In this document: positions 38,970 through 51,436 of the stretch, piece after piece
How the letters are laid out: every line of letters starts with the position of its first letter
Position numbering within the stretch: position 1 is the first letter of the stretch
Assembly: GCF_006345805.1 (NCBI RefSeq)
Contig: NC_043000.1
Coordinates: 94,488,001 to 94,552,000, forward strand
Length of the DNA stretch: 64,000 bases
Direction: 5' to 3'
Origin: Octopus sinensis
Lineage: Eukaryota
Position numbers and translations under genes: made by a program
Notes under the pieces: generated by a model
Seen by the model: the letters and a program-made list of their open reading frames with translations, nothing else
What the model was told of the DNA's origin: nothing
Databases searched by the model: none

Positions 38970-39592
38970 TCTTTACTCTTTTACATGTTTCAGGCATTTG
39001 ACTGCGGCCATGCTGGAGCACCGCCTTTAGTCGAGCAAATCGACCCCAGGACTTATTCCTTGTAAGCCTAGTACTTATTCTATCGGTCTCTTTTGCCGAA
39101 ACGCTAAGTTACGGGGACGTAAACACAGCAGCATCGGTTGTCAAGCGATGTTGGGAGACAAACACAGACACACAAAAATGCACACACACATAATATAAAT
39201 ATATACATATATATGACGGGCTTCTATCAGTTTCCGTCTACCAAATCCACTCACAAGGCTTTGGTCGGCCCGAGGCTATAGTAGAAGACACTCGCCAAGG
39301 TGCCACGCAGTGGGACTGAACCCGGAACCATGTGGTTAGTAAGCAAGCTACTTACCACACAGCCACTCCAACGTCTATATATATATATTTTCTTTTATTT
39401 TTTTACTCGTTTCAGTCATTTGACTGCAGCCAAGCTGGAGCAACGCCTTAAAGAGTTATAGTCGAAGAAATCAACCCCAGGACTTATACTTTGTAAGTCT
39501 AGTATTTATTCCATCGTTCTGTTTTGCTGAATCGCTAAATTAAGGGGACATACTCATTTCAGCATCGGTTGTCAAACGATGGTAGAGGCCAA

Positions 39593-39640
<48 letters not shown>

Positions 39641-39663
39641 ACACACACACACACAACACACAC

Positions 39664-39737
<74 letters not shown>

Positions 39738-39880
39738 TCTATGACGGCCTTCTTTCAGTTTCCGTCTATCAAATCCTCTCACAAGGCTTAGGTCAGCCCG
39801 AGGCTAGATTAGAAGCCACTTGCTCAAGGTGCCATACGGTAGGACTGAACCTGAAGCCATATCTATCTTCTTACAGCCAC
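38970..39880 (-). mobile_element. Two adjacent SINE family A copies (38970-39370, 39400-39880)
   Basis: Each has the tail, internal microsatellite and head seen at 1072-1490. Confidence 0.88.
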
Positions 39881-39949
39881 GCCTATGCATGTATGTATGT
39901 ATGTATGTATGTATGTATGTATGTATGTGTGTATGTATGTCTATGTGCA

Positions 39950-41036
39950 GATTTTTACGATGCATGTATTCTTATGCATATAGTTGCATATCTAGAAATG
40001 CTTATATATATTTAAATGATAAAATTCTGGTAACTTTTAGAGATTTTGCAGTTCCAGTGATCGATTGGATCTGTAGTCTTTGAATTAGCTTTCTGCTTTC
40101 TGGTTTTGAGAAGCCTGGTTTCTCAAGCTTAGTATTTAGGCAGTGCGTTACATAACCCAGGGCCCAATAATTACAGGTATAAACCTGCATATTTCTCGGT
40201 AGTTCAGTGTAGGTATTCTCTTTTTCACTGATCTTCAGCTTTATGTTAACATCCCATTGGCAGCTCATTTCCACAACTGTACGCAGTTTCTCTTCTCTAT
40301 TCCAAATCCTTATTTCAGGTCCGTTTTGCTTACACTTTACTGAGGTCTTCACTGGGACATCCCACCATTACTCCTATTTATTGAGAGGCTATGGCTTCTA
40401 CCATACTCTGGGTTCTCATTTCTTTGTCCTCGAGGTTATCCTTCAGACGGATTTCATTACAGTGTGTCCTAGCTGCATCCTGTCTCATCGGTAGATAATA
40501 GCGTGATGATATTTTCGGAGAACTACTTATGATGTTGGTGATATCTTCAGTGTTAACCCCACAAAGACTTCATAGGTTGTCACATTTTACTGCTTTTCCT
40601 GCACCACTATCTGCTTTGTGATTCAGGTACTTGGTTGATATTTCCTGTAGCTGGATCGCAAACCCATACCCTTCAAAGTGGAGGTTGTAATCCAGCTATT
40701 GGTCCTTGATAGACTGCTTTGAGGATCAATGTTACTATCATCTGGGTGTCTTCTACTAACATACCCATGCATAGTCTTCTGCTCATATAGTGTCATCCTT
40801 TCATCTGACGATACGTTGCGGTAGAGTCATGCGACTTCTTTGAGCATGTATTTTAGGTTATCAGACAAAGAATGTTGCTCGAGGAGCTGCCTTCCAAGTC
40901 TTATGATCTTATCAGCCTCATGTATGCAAACTTGCTCAAGGGATGCAGTTCGACACTTGGTGGTTAAAAGATGTTGCCGAAGGGATATGATACGACATTC
41001 AAAGACATTTTGGATCGATGTTAAGCCTCTGCCTCC
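39950..41036 (-). mobile_element. R4/Dong-like non-LTR retrotransposon, 5'-truncated (RT end, CCHC relic, RLE domain)
   Basis: GGRGLTSI, KTMHGY, GYGFAIQLQEISTKY, degenerate CxxC...(H)I.S.C, then NGPEIRIWNREEKLRTVVEMSCQWDVNIKLKISEKENTY, a PD..E.S.P...K..KY-type RLE. Flanked on both sides by (ACAT)n. Confidence 0.85.
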
Positions 41037-41523
41037 TATGTATGTATGTATGTATGTATGTATGTATGCATGCATGTATGTATGTATGTATGTATGTATG
41101 TATGTATATGTATGTATGTATGTATGTATATTTTCACCTAGTTCGCTTTTAAATTAGCTCTTACTCTTGAAATACATTCTTTGTAATAATTTATTCATTT
41201 TACCATTGCTTATTGTATTTTGCCTCCTTTGTTAATCGTTAGGTACTTGTACGTTCTAATTTCATCCTTCCGATATCGATAAGATAAAGTACCAGCTGGA
41301 TGGAAGATGGAGGGAAAGAGGGAGGTAAAAAAATGAAAGAAAGAATGAATGAGTGAGTGAAAGAATGGAAAGACAAAAATAAACGTCACGAAAGGCTAGA
41401 CAGAAAGGTCATTTAATTGATATAGGTTGCTTGAAATAAAAATAGAGCAAGAGAGGGAAGAAAATAAGAATAAGGAGCGGTAAATGAAATAAATAGGCGA
41501 AATTAATAGACAGACAGACATGC

Positions 41524-41556
<33 letters not shown>

Positions 41557-41587
41557 TACATACATACATACATACATACAGACAGAC

Positions 41588-41641
<54 letters not shown>

Positions 41642-42016
41642 GGAGTTAAAGAAGAGTCCTGAAATTAATTGCTGTTCTTATCACCATCGTCATTATTGTC
41701 TTGCGAAGATAAGCAAGAAAATCCACCAATCGATGGACACAAAGGCATCACAAAAAAAAAAATGGATAAGTAAATAAATGAATAGTTGCTATATTTGAAT
41801 TGTTGTGTTTGTAATTATTATTTCTAGCGATGATAAATTGATGGTATTTCTGTTAACAGAAAATATTTGCCTTTCGATTCCTTGAAGACGGTAATCGAAT
41901 GGATTGGCAGTGTTAAAGACGAATGTTTATGTTGAGAGTAAAAGGAAAAGAAATTGTTCAAGGTCATTTAAATAAACAAATGAATCAACGAAATAAAATA
42001 ATTTGATAAATAAACA

Positions 42017-42402
42017 TCTCTCAATATATAAAGCTGAAGTTGTCTGTGTATGGCAGGTTTGGTAGCCTTCAACTAACACTATCTCCTCCGAGACCCTGCA
42101 GCGCAAGTTGACCAAATTTGAGAGTATGATAGAAGAAGGCTTGCTCTTCCTTCCGTAGGAGAAAAATTTCAAATCGGACAATGTTAACACCAAAAATTAT
42201 TTACATCAAAAAGGTGCTTTTTTTGCTATGAAAATCCCTATTTTTTACGATTTTTTCACTGCTGTGTCGCCATTTTTCAGTGTATTTCAACCAGAAAAAT
42301 GTTCACTTAAAGAGAATAACATAATGCAAAATTTTTACTTATCAAAAATTTCAATTCTAAAGGGTCGAAACAAACCCGAGCAACGCCGGGCGATACTGCT
42401 AG
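42017..42402 (+). mobile_element. Non-autonomous Helitron
   Basis: A|TC 5' end (tctctcaatatataaagctgaag), 3' hairpin CCCGAGCAACGCCGGG at 42375-42390, and CTAG|T terminus at 42399-42403. No TSD. Confidence 0.85.
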
Positions 42403-42472
42403 TATAGAATAAAGTGAAATAACTAAAAGACAGTGCAAGGATTAAAGGTTATTGTTATTATTAACGTGCATT

Positions 42473-42900
42473 AAGGTGGCGCGCTGGCAGAATCGTTAGC
42501 ACGTCGAGCAAAATGCTTATCGGCATTTGTCCACTTTTACGTTCTGAGTTCAAATTCCGCCGAGGTCGACTTTTCCATTTATCCCCACTGGAGTTGAAAT
42601 AAGTACGAGTTGTGTACCGGGGTCGATATAATCGATTATCCTCTCCCGCAAAGTTTCAAGCCTTGTGCCTTTAGTAGAAAGGATTATTATTAGCGTGTAT
42701 TAAGGTGCCGAGCTGGCAGAATCATTAGCATCTGGAGCAAAATGATCAGCGGCATTTCGCCTGTCTTTACGTTCTGAGTTGTCTTTTTCTTTCTTCCTTT
42801 CGGGTCGATAAAAGAAGTACCAGTTGAGCACGGAGATCGAGCAAATCGACTAGTCCCCTCCCTCCAAATTTCAGGCTTCGTGCTTATAGTAGAAAGAATT
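42473..42900 (+). mobile_element. Two tandem SINE family B copies
   Basis: Heads at ~42473 and ~42702; both end in ...tagtagaaag.attattatt. Confidence 0.85.
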
Positions 42901-43341
42901 ATTATTATCAGCAACAGCATCATCATCATCATCACTTAAATAAAAAATTTGTAAAGTCTTTAATCATAAAATATTATCTTGATTAACGAATGATTCTGAA
43001 TACAATAATCAATATATTTTATAGTTATTCTTCAACTCAGCGCCCTTTAACTGCTTTATCCATTTATCTGTTCACTAATCTAAATATGTATTTTCTTATC
43101 TATTCTACTTCTTTATATCTTTATCTGTATTCTTTCATTCCTTTATTCCTTTACTTGCTTGAAGGGTGTAGTCAAATATATCGATCGATACCAGAAATTA
43201 TTTCTTCAAGTCTAGTACTTCTTTAATATTTCCCTGTTGCCGAAACACTGACGTGCGGGGAGATAAACAAACCAACACCTGTTGTCAAGTAGTGATAGGG
43301 CTGACATAACAACACGAATTCACCCAAATACTCACGCACGT

Positions 43342-43378
<37 letters not shown>

Positions 43379-43741
43379 CATATATGCATAGATACATACA
43401 TACAAATACTTACATAAATGCACACACGCACACACACACATATAGATTAGAAGTATTCATTTTCTTGAACTTTACGTTAGAATACATGACCTAACAATGA
43501 GACAGCTGTTTTTCCAGAATCATACATGACTGCGATTCCCTCTCCCTAGCAAAAGCCTTCATTGTAACAAATATATATAACAAGGAACTGTCCCTGAATC
43601 TAATTTTCCTTGAAAAATTCTAAAAAGCAAGGAAATATAACTAGTCTCGTAAGACTGGTTAATTTGATAAAGAAAGATATATCTACTCAGTATGTCGAAT
43701 ACTTTGTCTACACTCCGTTTTAAAAACGAAACTACTTATCA

Positions 43742-43830
<89 letters not shown>

Positions 43831-44049
43831 TATACATATAGGGGGAGAATTCACAAAAAAACAAAAAACGAAGACAGGTGGTGCACACAATAAACAGATG
43901 TATTAGTATAACGCTCGGGAAGCGAAAAATTCTTTAATGTTCCGAGCCTACGCTCTTCCACAGAAAGAAACAAGGAGAGAAAATAAAGAATGTGTAGTGG
44001 CTAGCGATCTATCATGGCGAATGATATATATATATATATAAATATATAT

Positions 44050-46565
44050 AAACTTAGATAAACTTAGATATGTTTCGACCAATGATTGGTCAAGGCCATG
44101 TCATGTCTAACTTAATAGCACCACCTGATAGGATTATTTGAATCCTGTTTAAGTCAAGTTTTGTTATGGTTCATTTAAGTAGTGAGTTTTTGTTGGGTGA
44201 GTAAGTTCGTAAGATCCAGGAACTCATCCTACGTGCTATATCGACCTTCTTGTTGATGTGTGCACTCCAACTGAGATCGTCATCAACAATTACACCCAGG
44301 TCTCTGATATTGTTAGAGGCTGGGAGCGGTTCTCCTGAAGGAAGAGAGTATGTCTGTTTTTGTGAGGAATTTCTTCCAAAATGCATCAGCTCAACTTTTC
44401 CCTCGTTCAGTTGCATTTTGTTTCTGTCTGCCCATTGACTCACAGCATATAGATCAGACTGGAGTTGATTTCGGTCTGCTTCTTCATTGAAGATTTGCTG
44501 GAGCTTAGTGTCATCAGCAAATATTTTCACTTTGCAGTAATGTACGACACTGGAAAGGTCGTTTATGTAGATTATGAAAAGTACCGGACCCAAGACAGTC
44601 CCTTGGGGGACACCGCTGGTAACTTTTGCTGGACTTGAGTGGACTTCATCAACTACAACATGTTGTGTTCTATTCGCCAGGAAATACTTGATCCAGTGTA
44701 GAACTTTTCCACGGATTCCAACATTTGCCAATTTTGAGAGTAGGATATTATGGCCTACACTGTCGAACGCTTTATGACATCAGAGTTCGAACCTGTTCCC
44801 AAGGCTTTGAGTACATCTTCAATGTGGTGTAAGAGCTGTGTTAGACAGTCCCTGCCACAGCGAAAGTCATGCTGATTTGCATTTAGGAGTTTGTGGGTCT
44901 CCAGGAAGTCAGCTATCCTTGATCTTAACACTCTTTCAAACACCTTGATGATGTGGGAGGTGAGTGAGATTGGGTGATAGTTGAGTGCGAGGGATCTGTT
45001 TCCCTGTTTGAAAACCGGGATGACTGACTGGGATAGAAACTGTTTCGGTATATAACCTGCGTCTAACGAATTTCTCCAGAGGTTGGTCAGAGGGACTGCA
45101 AGTTGGTGTCTACATTCCTTCAGGAGACTAGCGGGGAATCTATCAGGGCCTACAGCAGAGTAGTATTTGACCTCATTTATTGCTGCTATGATGTCAGTGG
45201 CAGTGAAGGTTATGTCTGAGATTTTATGTTGAGAGTCAACTTCGTTCGCTTCTCTTACGTCAATATCAGTGGGAACACTAAAAACAGAGCAGTATTGTTT
45301 CTGCAGTATTTCTGCCATTTCTTTAGCATCGTGTTGGGGAATGCCGTTATTATCAATCAATGGCCCAATGGGTGAAACAGTGGTTCTATGCTTATTTGCA
45401 TAAGAATAGAACACTTTTGGGTTCTGTTTGATGTTTTTGATTACCCACTGTTCCTCCACAGCACTTTGATTTTCAATGGAGGTTTTCATGTCGTTCTGCA
45501 GATGAAGTTTTTCCAGCTCTAGCCTTTTCATTGTTGTTGAATGTGGATGTTGTATGTGGGAATATTTTAATTGGTTGATTTTTTTTGTTGAGTCTTTTGA
45601 TGCGCCTGATGAGTGTTTTTTTCTTTTTAGGGAGCCGGTTTCTGTTTGTGTTACTAGATTTCGTGGGAGCGTGTTTAGAGCATATATCGGTGACAATGGT
45701 TTCAATGTGCTGCTATGCGGTCTCAATATGGGTGGAATTGAGAGTAAAAGACCAGTCGAGGAAAGAGAGATCCTTTCTGATTGCTCCCCAGTCCGCTTTG
45801 TGGAAGTTTATGTTGTCAAATGAGTGCCATGGAGTGGGATTGGCTGGTTTGGTTTTTATATGTTGGAAATTAAAATTGCAGAGTACCATGTCGTGGTCTG
45901 AGAGGAGAGTTTTTTTCAACTGAAATACTGTGAACGAAGCTAGAGTGATTGGTCAATACCAGATCGAAGATCGTTTTATTCTGTCTCGTTGGTTCGAGCA
46001 CTAGCTGAGTCAGGAAGTAGTCATCCATTAGATTAAAGAGCAGTTCTGCTGCTGCTCTATCTGAGTATTTGTGGACCAGTTCACATGAGGGAGGTTAAAA
46101 TCACCCATCACTAGTATGTTTCCGGAGTTGTACTTCCGAAGGAAGGACTTGACTTTGCTAAGGCACTCTTCAAAGCACTTTAGAGGTGCTTGGGGAGACC
46201 TGTAAAGACCAACAATGATTATGACCTTGGCCTTGCTGAATAGTGATACAGATTCACAATAGCCATTGGAAAATATGTCCTTGGCATCAAGTGAAAAGGA
46301 GTCATGGATAAAGATGGCTGTCCCTCCCTTATTTCGGTCTGTGCAATCCGCACGAACAATGGTAAAAATCTTTTATTTTCACCTCGGCGTCCATATGGGT
46401 GTTGTTCAGGTGAGTCTCGGTAAGGATAAAGAAAGGGAAGCAATGTGCTGTTTCGGCAAGCCAACTCTCTATATATGGGATCTTCCATTTTTGGGCAATA
46501 ATTGATGGGTTGATGCCACGTACATTTAACAGGAATGTCGAGGTAAGGGAAGTTTGATGTTTGCA
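44050..46565 (-). mobile_element. CR1/L2-like LINE, nearly complete but frameshifted ORF2
   Basis: APE: LLNVRG, LTETHL, GDFNL, SDHDMV. RT: YHPISLTSHIIKVFERV, SGVPQGTVLGPVLFIIYIND, FADDTKL, IRDLGV. Jumps from WILRTY directly to SPNKNSLL (C-terminal deletion). Confidence 0.95.
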
Positions 46566-46719
46566 TTGTTCTATATATATATATATATAGATAGATATAT
46601 ATGCAATTTTGGCTACATTTTTCGAATATCTAACTAGTGGAAAAGCAGCTACTTTCAAGACCAGAAACAAAACTCTTTCATTGAAATTTCAACTTCAGAT
46701 AATAATCATGATATTATAT

Positions 46720-47240
46720 ATATATATATATACACGCATGTACGTTTACATGTCCACATCTATCCCTCCACATATGTATATTTTTACATGTCTATGTACA
46801 CTCGAAGGAGATTGTGCGGGTATCGGATCTTATAACAAATTAGACTTCTCAATACTTTGCATATTTTGACGGTGTTTTAGCTTGGAGCAGTCGTCTCTTG
46901 ATTAGATGTATTCTTCCCGATTTTGTGAAAGCAGGCTTCGGAATTGCGTTACTGAGGCGGTTATTCACATACCCAAATGCTCCAATAATTATAAATAGAA
47001 GTAGAAAGCTACGGACCGGAAAGAATAACTGAAGATTTCTCATCAGTTCAGCAGTGACTCTTTCTTCCTCTCCAATTTGTAACATTATATTAACATCTGC
47101 TGGGCAACTAATTTCCTCTACTGTGCATAATTCTGTTTTAATGTATTTGTATTGCTTTGCGATTTACTTATGCTTTTTGGCTTTGCAGTTTCCAAGCCGA
47201 TCATTAACAAAGTTTTCTTTAAAGGCAAGACGACTCTTGA
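46720..47240 (-). mobile_element. R4/Dong-like 3' fragment, older copy
   Basis: AELMRNLQLFFP..FIIIGAFGYVNN matches the same C-terminal region as 560-790 and 40100-40210. Confidence 0.65.
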
Positions 47241-47637
47241 AGTTTGTGGATATCTGAATCGGTTGACATGTGTTTTTATATATTTGTGTGTGTGTGTGTG
47301 TGGGTGTGTGTGTGTGTGTGAGCGTGTGTGTGTGTGAGCGTGTGTGTGCGTGTGTATGTGTGTGTGTATGTGTGTGTGTGTGTGTTAGTGTTTGTGTGTG
47401 TGCTTCTGCACATGTATATATATATGTATATATATATGTATGTATATATATATATATATATATATATGAAATCTACTTATGAAAGTCTTTGACAATTAAT
47501 TCAGTTTTGAAGTGTAAAGGTGATTTTTTAAAAAAGTATTTTTTTAGAAAATGTTATGAAATCATTTATCGTGATGTCACTAACGTTTCTAGAGTGTGAG
47601 CGAATTCGTTTAGACTTTTCAAACACACGTGCTCTGA

Positions 47638-47691
<54 letters not shown>

Positions 47692-48099
47692 CGATAGATA
47701 GATAGAGAGACACTTATATATATGCAATTTTGGCTAAATTTTTCGAATATCTAACTAGTGGAAAAGCAGCTACTTTCAAGACCAGAAACAAAACTCTTTC
47801 ATTGAAATTTCAACTTCAGATAATAATCATGATATCATATATATATATATATATATATGCATACATGCATTACATACATATCTTGTACGGGTGTTATCTA
47901 TAAAATTGTGCGTTAGAAAATCGTGTAATAGGTATTACGTTTGTGTATGTGTGTGTGAGTGTGTGTGTGGTGTGTGTGTGTGTGGTGTGGTGTGGTGTGG
48001 TGTGGTGTGTGCGTGTCTGTGTGTGTTCCATATGAACATGTGACAGTGTACATGTATTCATCCAGGAACGTGAAATGGTGAATTTTCGAAAAGTGTCTA

Positions 48100-48246
48100 C
48101 AGTCGTGGGCAAAATATTGGAACATAGGTCTGAAAATTAGAAATTTTATTTTAAATGCCAAAAAGTTATATTTGGTTGGAGTGTATATTGGATATAACAA
48201 TCTTAATTTAAATAATAAAAATGTTCTGAACCTTTGGCCACGACTG
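48100..48246. mobile_element. Tc1-type MITE with TA TSD
   Basis: TA|CAGTCGTGGGCAAAATATTGGAACAT ... ATGTTCTGAACCTTTGGCCACGACTG|TA. Confidence 0.8.
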
Positions 48247-48320
48247 TAAGTATGTTTGTGTGAATGAATGCATGGTTATACATACATACATATATATATA
48301 TAATATATATATATATATAT

Positions 48321-48513
48321 GTAGGTCCCGGGTTGATTCGGGGTTAACCACAGTAAATAAGGTACTCAATACATAGCAGAGTAAAATTAATTTATTATAT
48401 AGAAGGAGCTTCTACAGGACTAGAACTGTTTCATTCAAGAGAATGCGCTTCCTGAAGATTTCTCTTGAATGAAACAGTTCTAGTCCTGTAGAAGCTCCTT
48501 CTATATAATAAAT
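48321..48513. mobile_element. Palindromic hammerhead-bearing element, copy 2 (opposite orientation)
   Basis: 54-bp arms at 48390-48443 and 48460-48513 with a 16-bp spacer. + strand reads gcttc-CTGAAGA...GAAACAG-ttctagtc-CTGT-A-gaagc. Confidence 0.8.
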
Positions 48514-49282
48514 ATATATATATATTATATATATATATATGCATATATGCCTGTACCTCTTTTACTTGTTTCAGTCATTTGACAGCAGCAAGCTAGGGCA
48601 CCACTTAGAATGGTTTAGTCAGAAAAAAATAGTCCCAGTGCTTATATTTACGCCGGGCACTTATTCCACATGTCTTTTGTCGAACCGCAGGGACGCAGAC
48701 AAACTGACACTGGTTCTGAGGCTGGGGCTATTGTAGAAGACTCACACACAAACATATGCTCATACACATTAGTTCCTATATGTTAGAATAGATAGATATC
48801 TTTAAAACAGTACCATGTAATTTCAAACTGGCAAGCGCTAACATAACGAGCGATGTGGTATGCGAATCGATGTGAACCCGTATCAAGAAATTACTTTCAT
48901 TTTCATTAAAAACTATTTCCCTGTTGATATATTCTTCTTGACACCTTTACACTGTTCTGCTGCTGGTGGTAAGAGGCATGGAGCTATAAAGAGCGGTGTT
49001 TTGCTTAATTAAACACCAAAACACGTTATTGTTGATAAATTAGTATTTTGACATGATGTCCTGCTAAATGTTTATTGTTTGAATTTTACACACTGATGTA
49101 GATTAATTACGGTGAATGAGGAACATGTTGTGTAAAGAATTATTCGGTGCATTTAAACACACACGCACACACTCATAAGCACACACAAAACACTCAAAAA
49201 CGCATGCACATATAAATATTTACATATAAATGTATATATGTATATATACATATATATGTACTACACACAGACATAAGCACGC

Positions 49283-49329
<47 letters not shown>

Positions 49330-49442
49330 GTGTGTGTGTGTGTGTGTGGTGTGTGTGTGGTGTGTGTGTGTGTGTGTGTGTTTGTGTGTGTGTGTCACCA
49401 TGGCTGCAGTCAAATGACTGAAACAAGTAAAGGAATAAAGGA

Positions 49443-49473
<31 letters not shown>

Positions 49474-49507
49474 TCTGTGTGTGTGTGCGCGTATGTGTGT
49501 GTGTATG

Positions 49508-50135
49508 AGAACTGTATTTTCTATATATTGCAAGCAAGGTTACTCTACTGCCATGCGTGGCAATACGAGTGCCTGCTACTGAAGAGATCCAATAAGATCG
49601 AAATCACGTCGTCTGTTGGTCTCAGATCTAATGTGAAAGACGCTCTCTCTCTTGCTTGCAATAAATATCGACTGCGAAAATTCACTGAATAAGTTAGCTT
49701 GGAGAGAAGTCTTCCTGCTGTTAAAACACCAGTATTGTCATCAGTTAGAGAACACATATGTTAAAGTTGCGATAAACACTACCTTTATGGTTCGTATGCT
49801 GCTTCTAGCTTGAACAGAATTTTTCTATCAGACTATTTTCCTAATTACAAAATCATTGATTGTATGACACCGTATTTTCTATACATTGCAAGCGTGGTTA
49901 CACTACTACCATACCTGGTAAACGCGTGCCCACCACTGAAGAGATCCAATAAGATCGAAATCACGTAGTCTGGCGGTCTCGAAGCTTGGATAGCAGGAGT
50001 TCTCTGCCACTTCCAATAAATGCCGAGAGCGAAAGGGCACTGAATAAACCAGCTGGAGGAGATGACCTCCTGGGGTTAAACAGCAGTATCGTCATCTCTT
50101 AGCGAACACCCACGTGGCGATAAACATTACCTTAT
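49508..50135 (+). repeat. Two diverged 357-bp-period tandem units, each with a hammerhead core (retrozyme/pLTR-like)
   Basis: CTGAAGA-GATC-caataa-GATC-GAAAT at 49579 and 49936. A 32-nt core is identical while downstream flanks are visibly much more diverged. Confidence 0.75.
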
Positions 50136-50395
50136 ATATATAAACCCACTCTCAACCACAACCGACGAAGACAATGAAGACGACAGTATGAATTAAGCCA
50201 CCTAAAAGAATCAATTCATAGCAATATGAGGACCAGACGGTCCTCATTCTTATTATTGGATGGAGAAGTGTGAATGCATAGCTTCTGTTACTAGAAGATA
50301 CTTCTGCTAGAGAGAATCTGCCATCTATAGTAAATATGCTCCTATGTCGGATATTCAATAGTGCAGACGACGCTTGGAGAATATTCAGAATTTCT

Positions 50396-50496
50396 GAAAA
50401 TGTTTGCATGTAATTTGAGGATATGTAATTTGAGGAAAATGTTTGCATGTAATTTGAGGATATGTAATTTGAGGAAAATGTTTGCATGTAATTTGA
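50396..50496. repeat. 39-bp minisatellite, ~2.6 copies
   Basis: gaaaatgtttgcatgtaatttgaggatatgtaatttgag starts at 50396, 50435 and 50474. Confidence 0.95.
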
Positions 50497-51004
50497 AAGG
50501 ATGCTTGAAGGTAGCAACGGACGTTCGCAAGTTAAAATTAAATTGAAACGAAAATTTCGACAGAAGTCTAGTAAAATGCGAAATGGATTAGGGAAGAAGC
50601 TAGTGAACCGATTAGGAGTAATGATCAAAAAAGTTATCGATTATGATTTGATAACTCCTTTGATGCAAAATACAGACAACCACTTCTGAATTTTGCATCA
50701 AAGAAATGATTGAGAGCCGTTATCGCTGGTCCGCCTGTTTTCAATCAATAGAGCACGAACGCAGTAAGATGTTCTTCTTGATGAGAATGAAATATGCGCA
50801 TCTTTCGATGTGAATTGATCGGGCTGAGTAACATTTTTTGTTTCAAGAACTTCTGGATTTTGAGATAAGTATAATTCGAAGGGATCCGAGTAATGTGTCC
50901 ATGGTACTAGACGTAATCAGTGGCGAAGGTGGTACTTTCAGACAAGTCGTCGTTTATATACTTAAACTGTGACAGAACAGATAGACCTCTTTTTTCTTTT
51001 TTTT

Positions 51005-51227
51005 TCTTTTTATTTGTTTCAGTCATTTGACTGTGTTCATGCTGGAGCACCGCCTTTAGTCGAGCAAATCGACCCCGGGACTTATTCTTTGTAAGCCTAG
51101 TACTTATTCTATTGGCCTCTTATGCCGAACCGCTAAGTGACGGGGACGTAAACACACCAGCATCGGTTGTCAAGCAATGTTGGGGGGACAAACACAGACA
51201 CACAAACATTTACATACACACTCCCAA

Positions 51228-51285
<58 letters not shown>

Positions 51286-51436
51286 GTATTTATATATACG
51301 ACGGGCTTCTTTCATTTTCCGTGTACCAAATCCACTCACAAGGCTTTGGTCGGCCCGAGGCTGTAGTGGAAGACACTTGCCCAAGGTGCCATGCAGTGGG
51401 ACTGAACCCGGAATCATGTGGTTGGTAAGCAAGCTA
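51005..51436 (-). mobile_element. SINE family A
   Basis: Full head, microsatellite and tail. Confidence 0.9.

Noticed and set aside
50152-50689. 158-aa ORF with SSNYMQTF repeats
   Set aside because: Openness is largely due to the 39-bp minisatellite; no recognisable domain.
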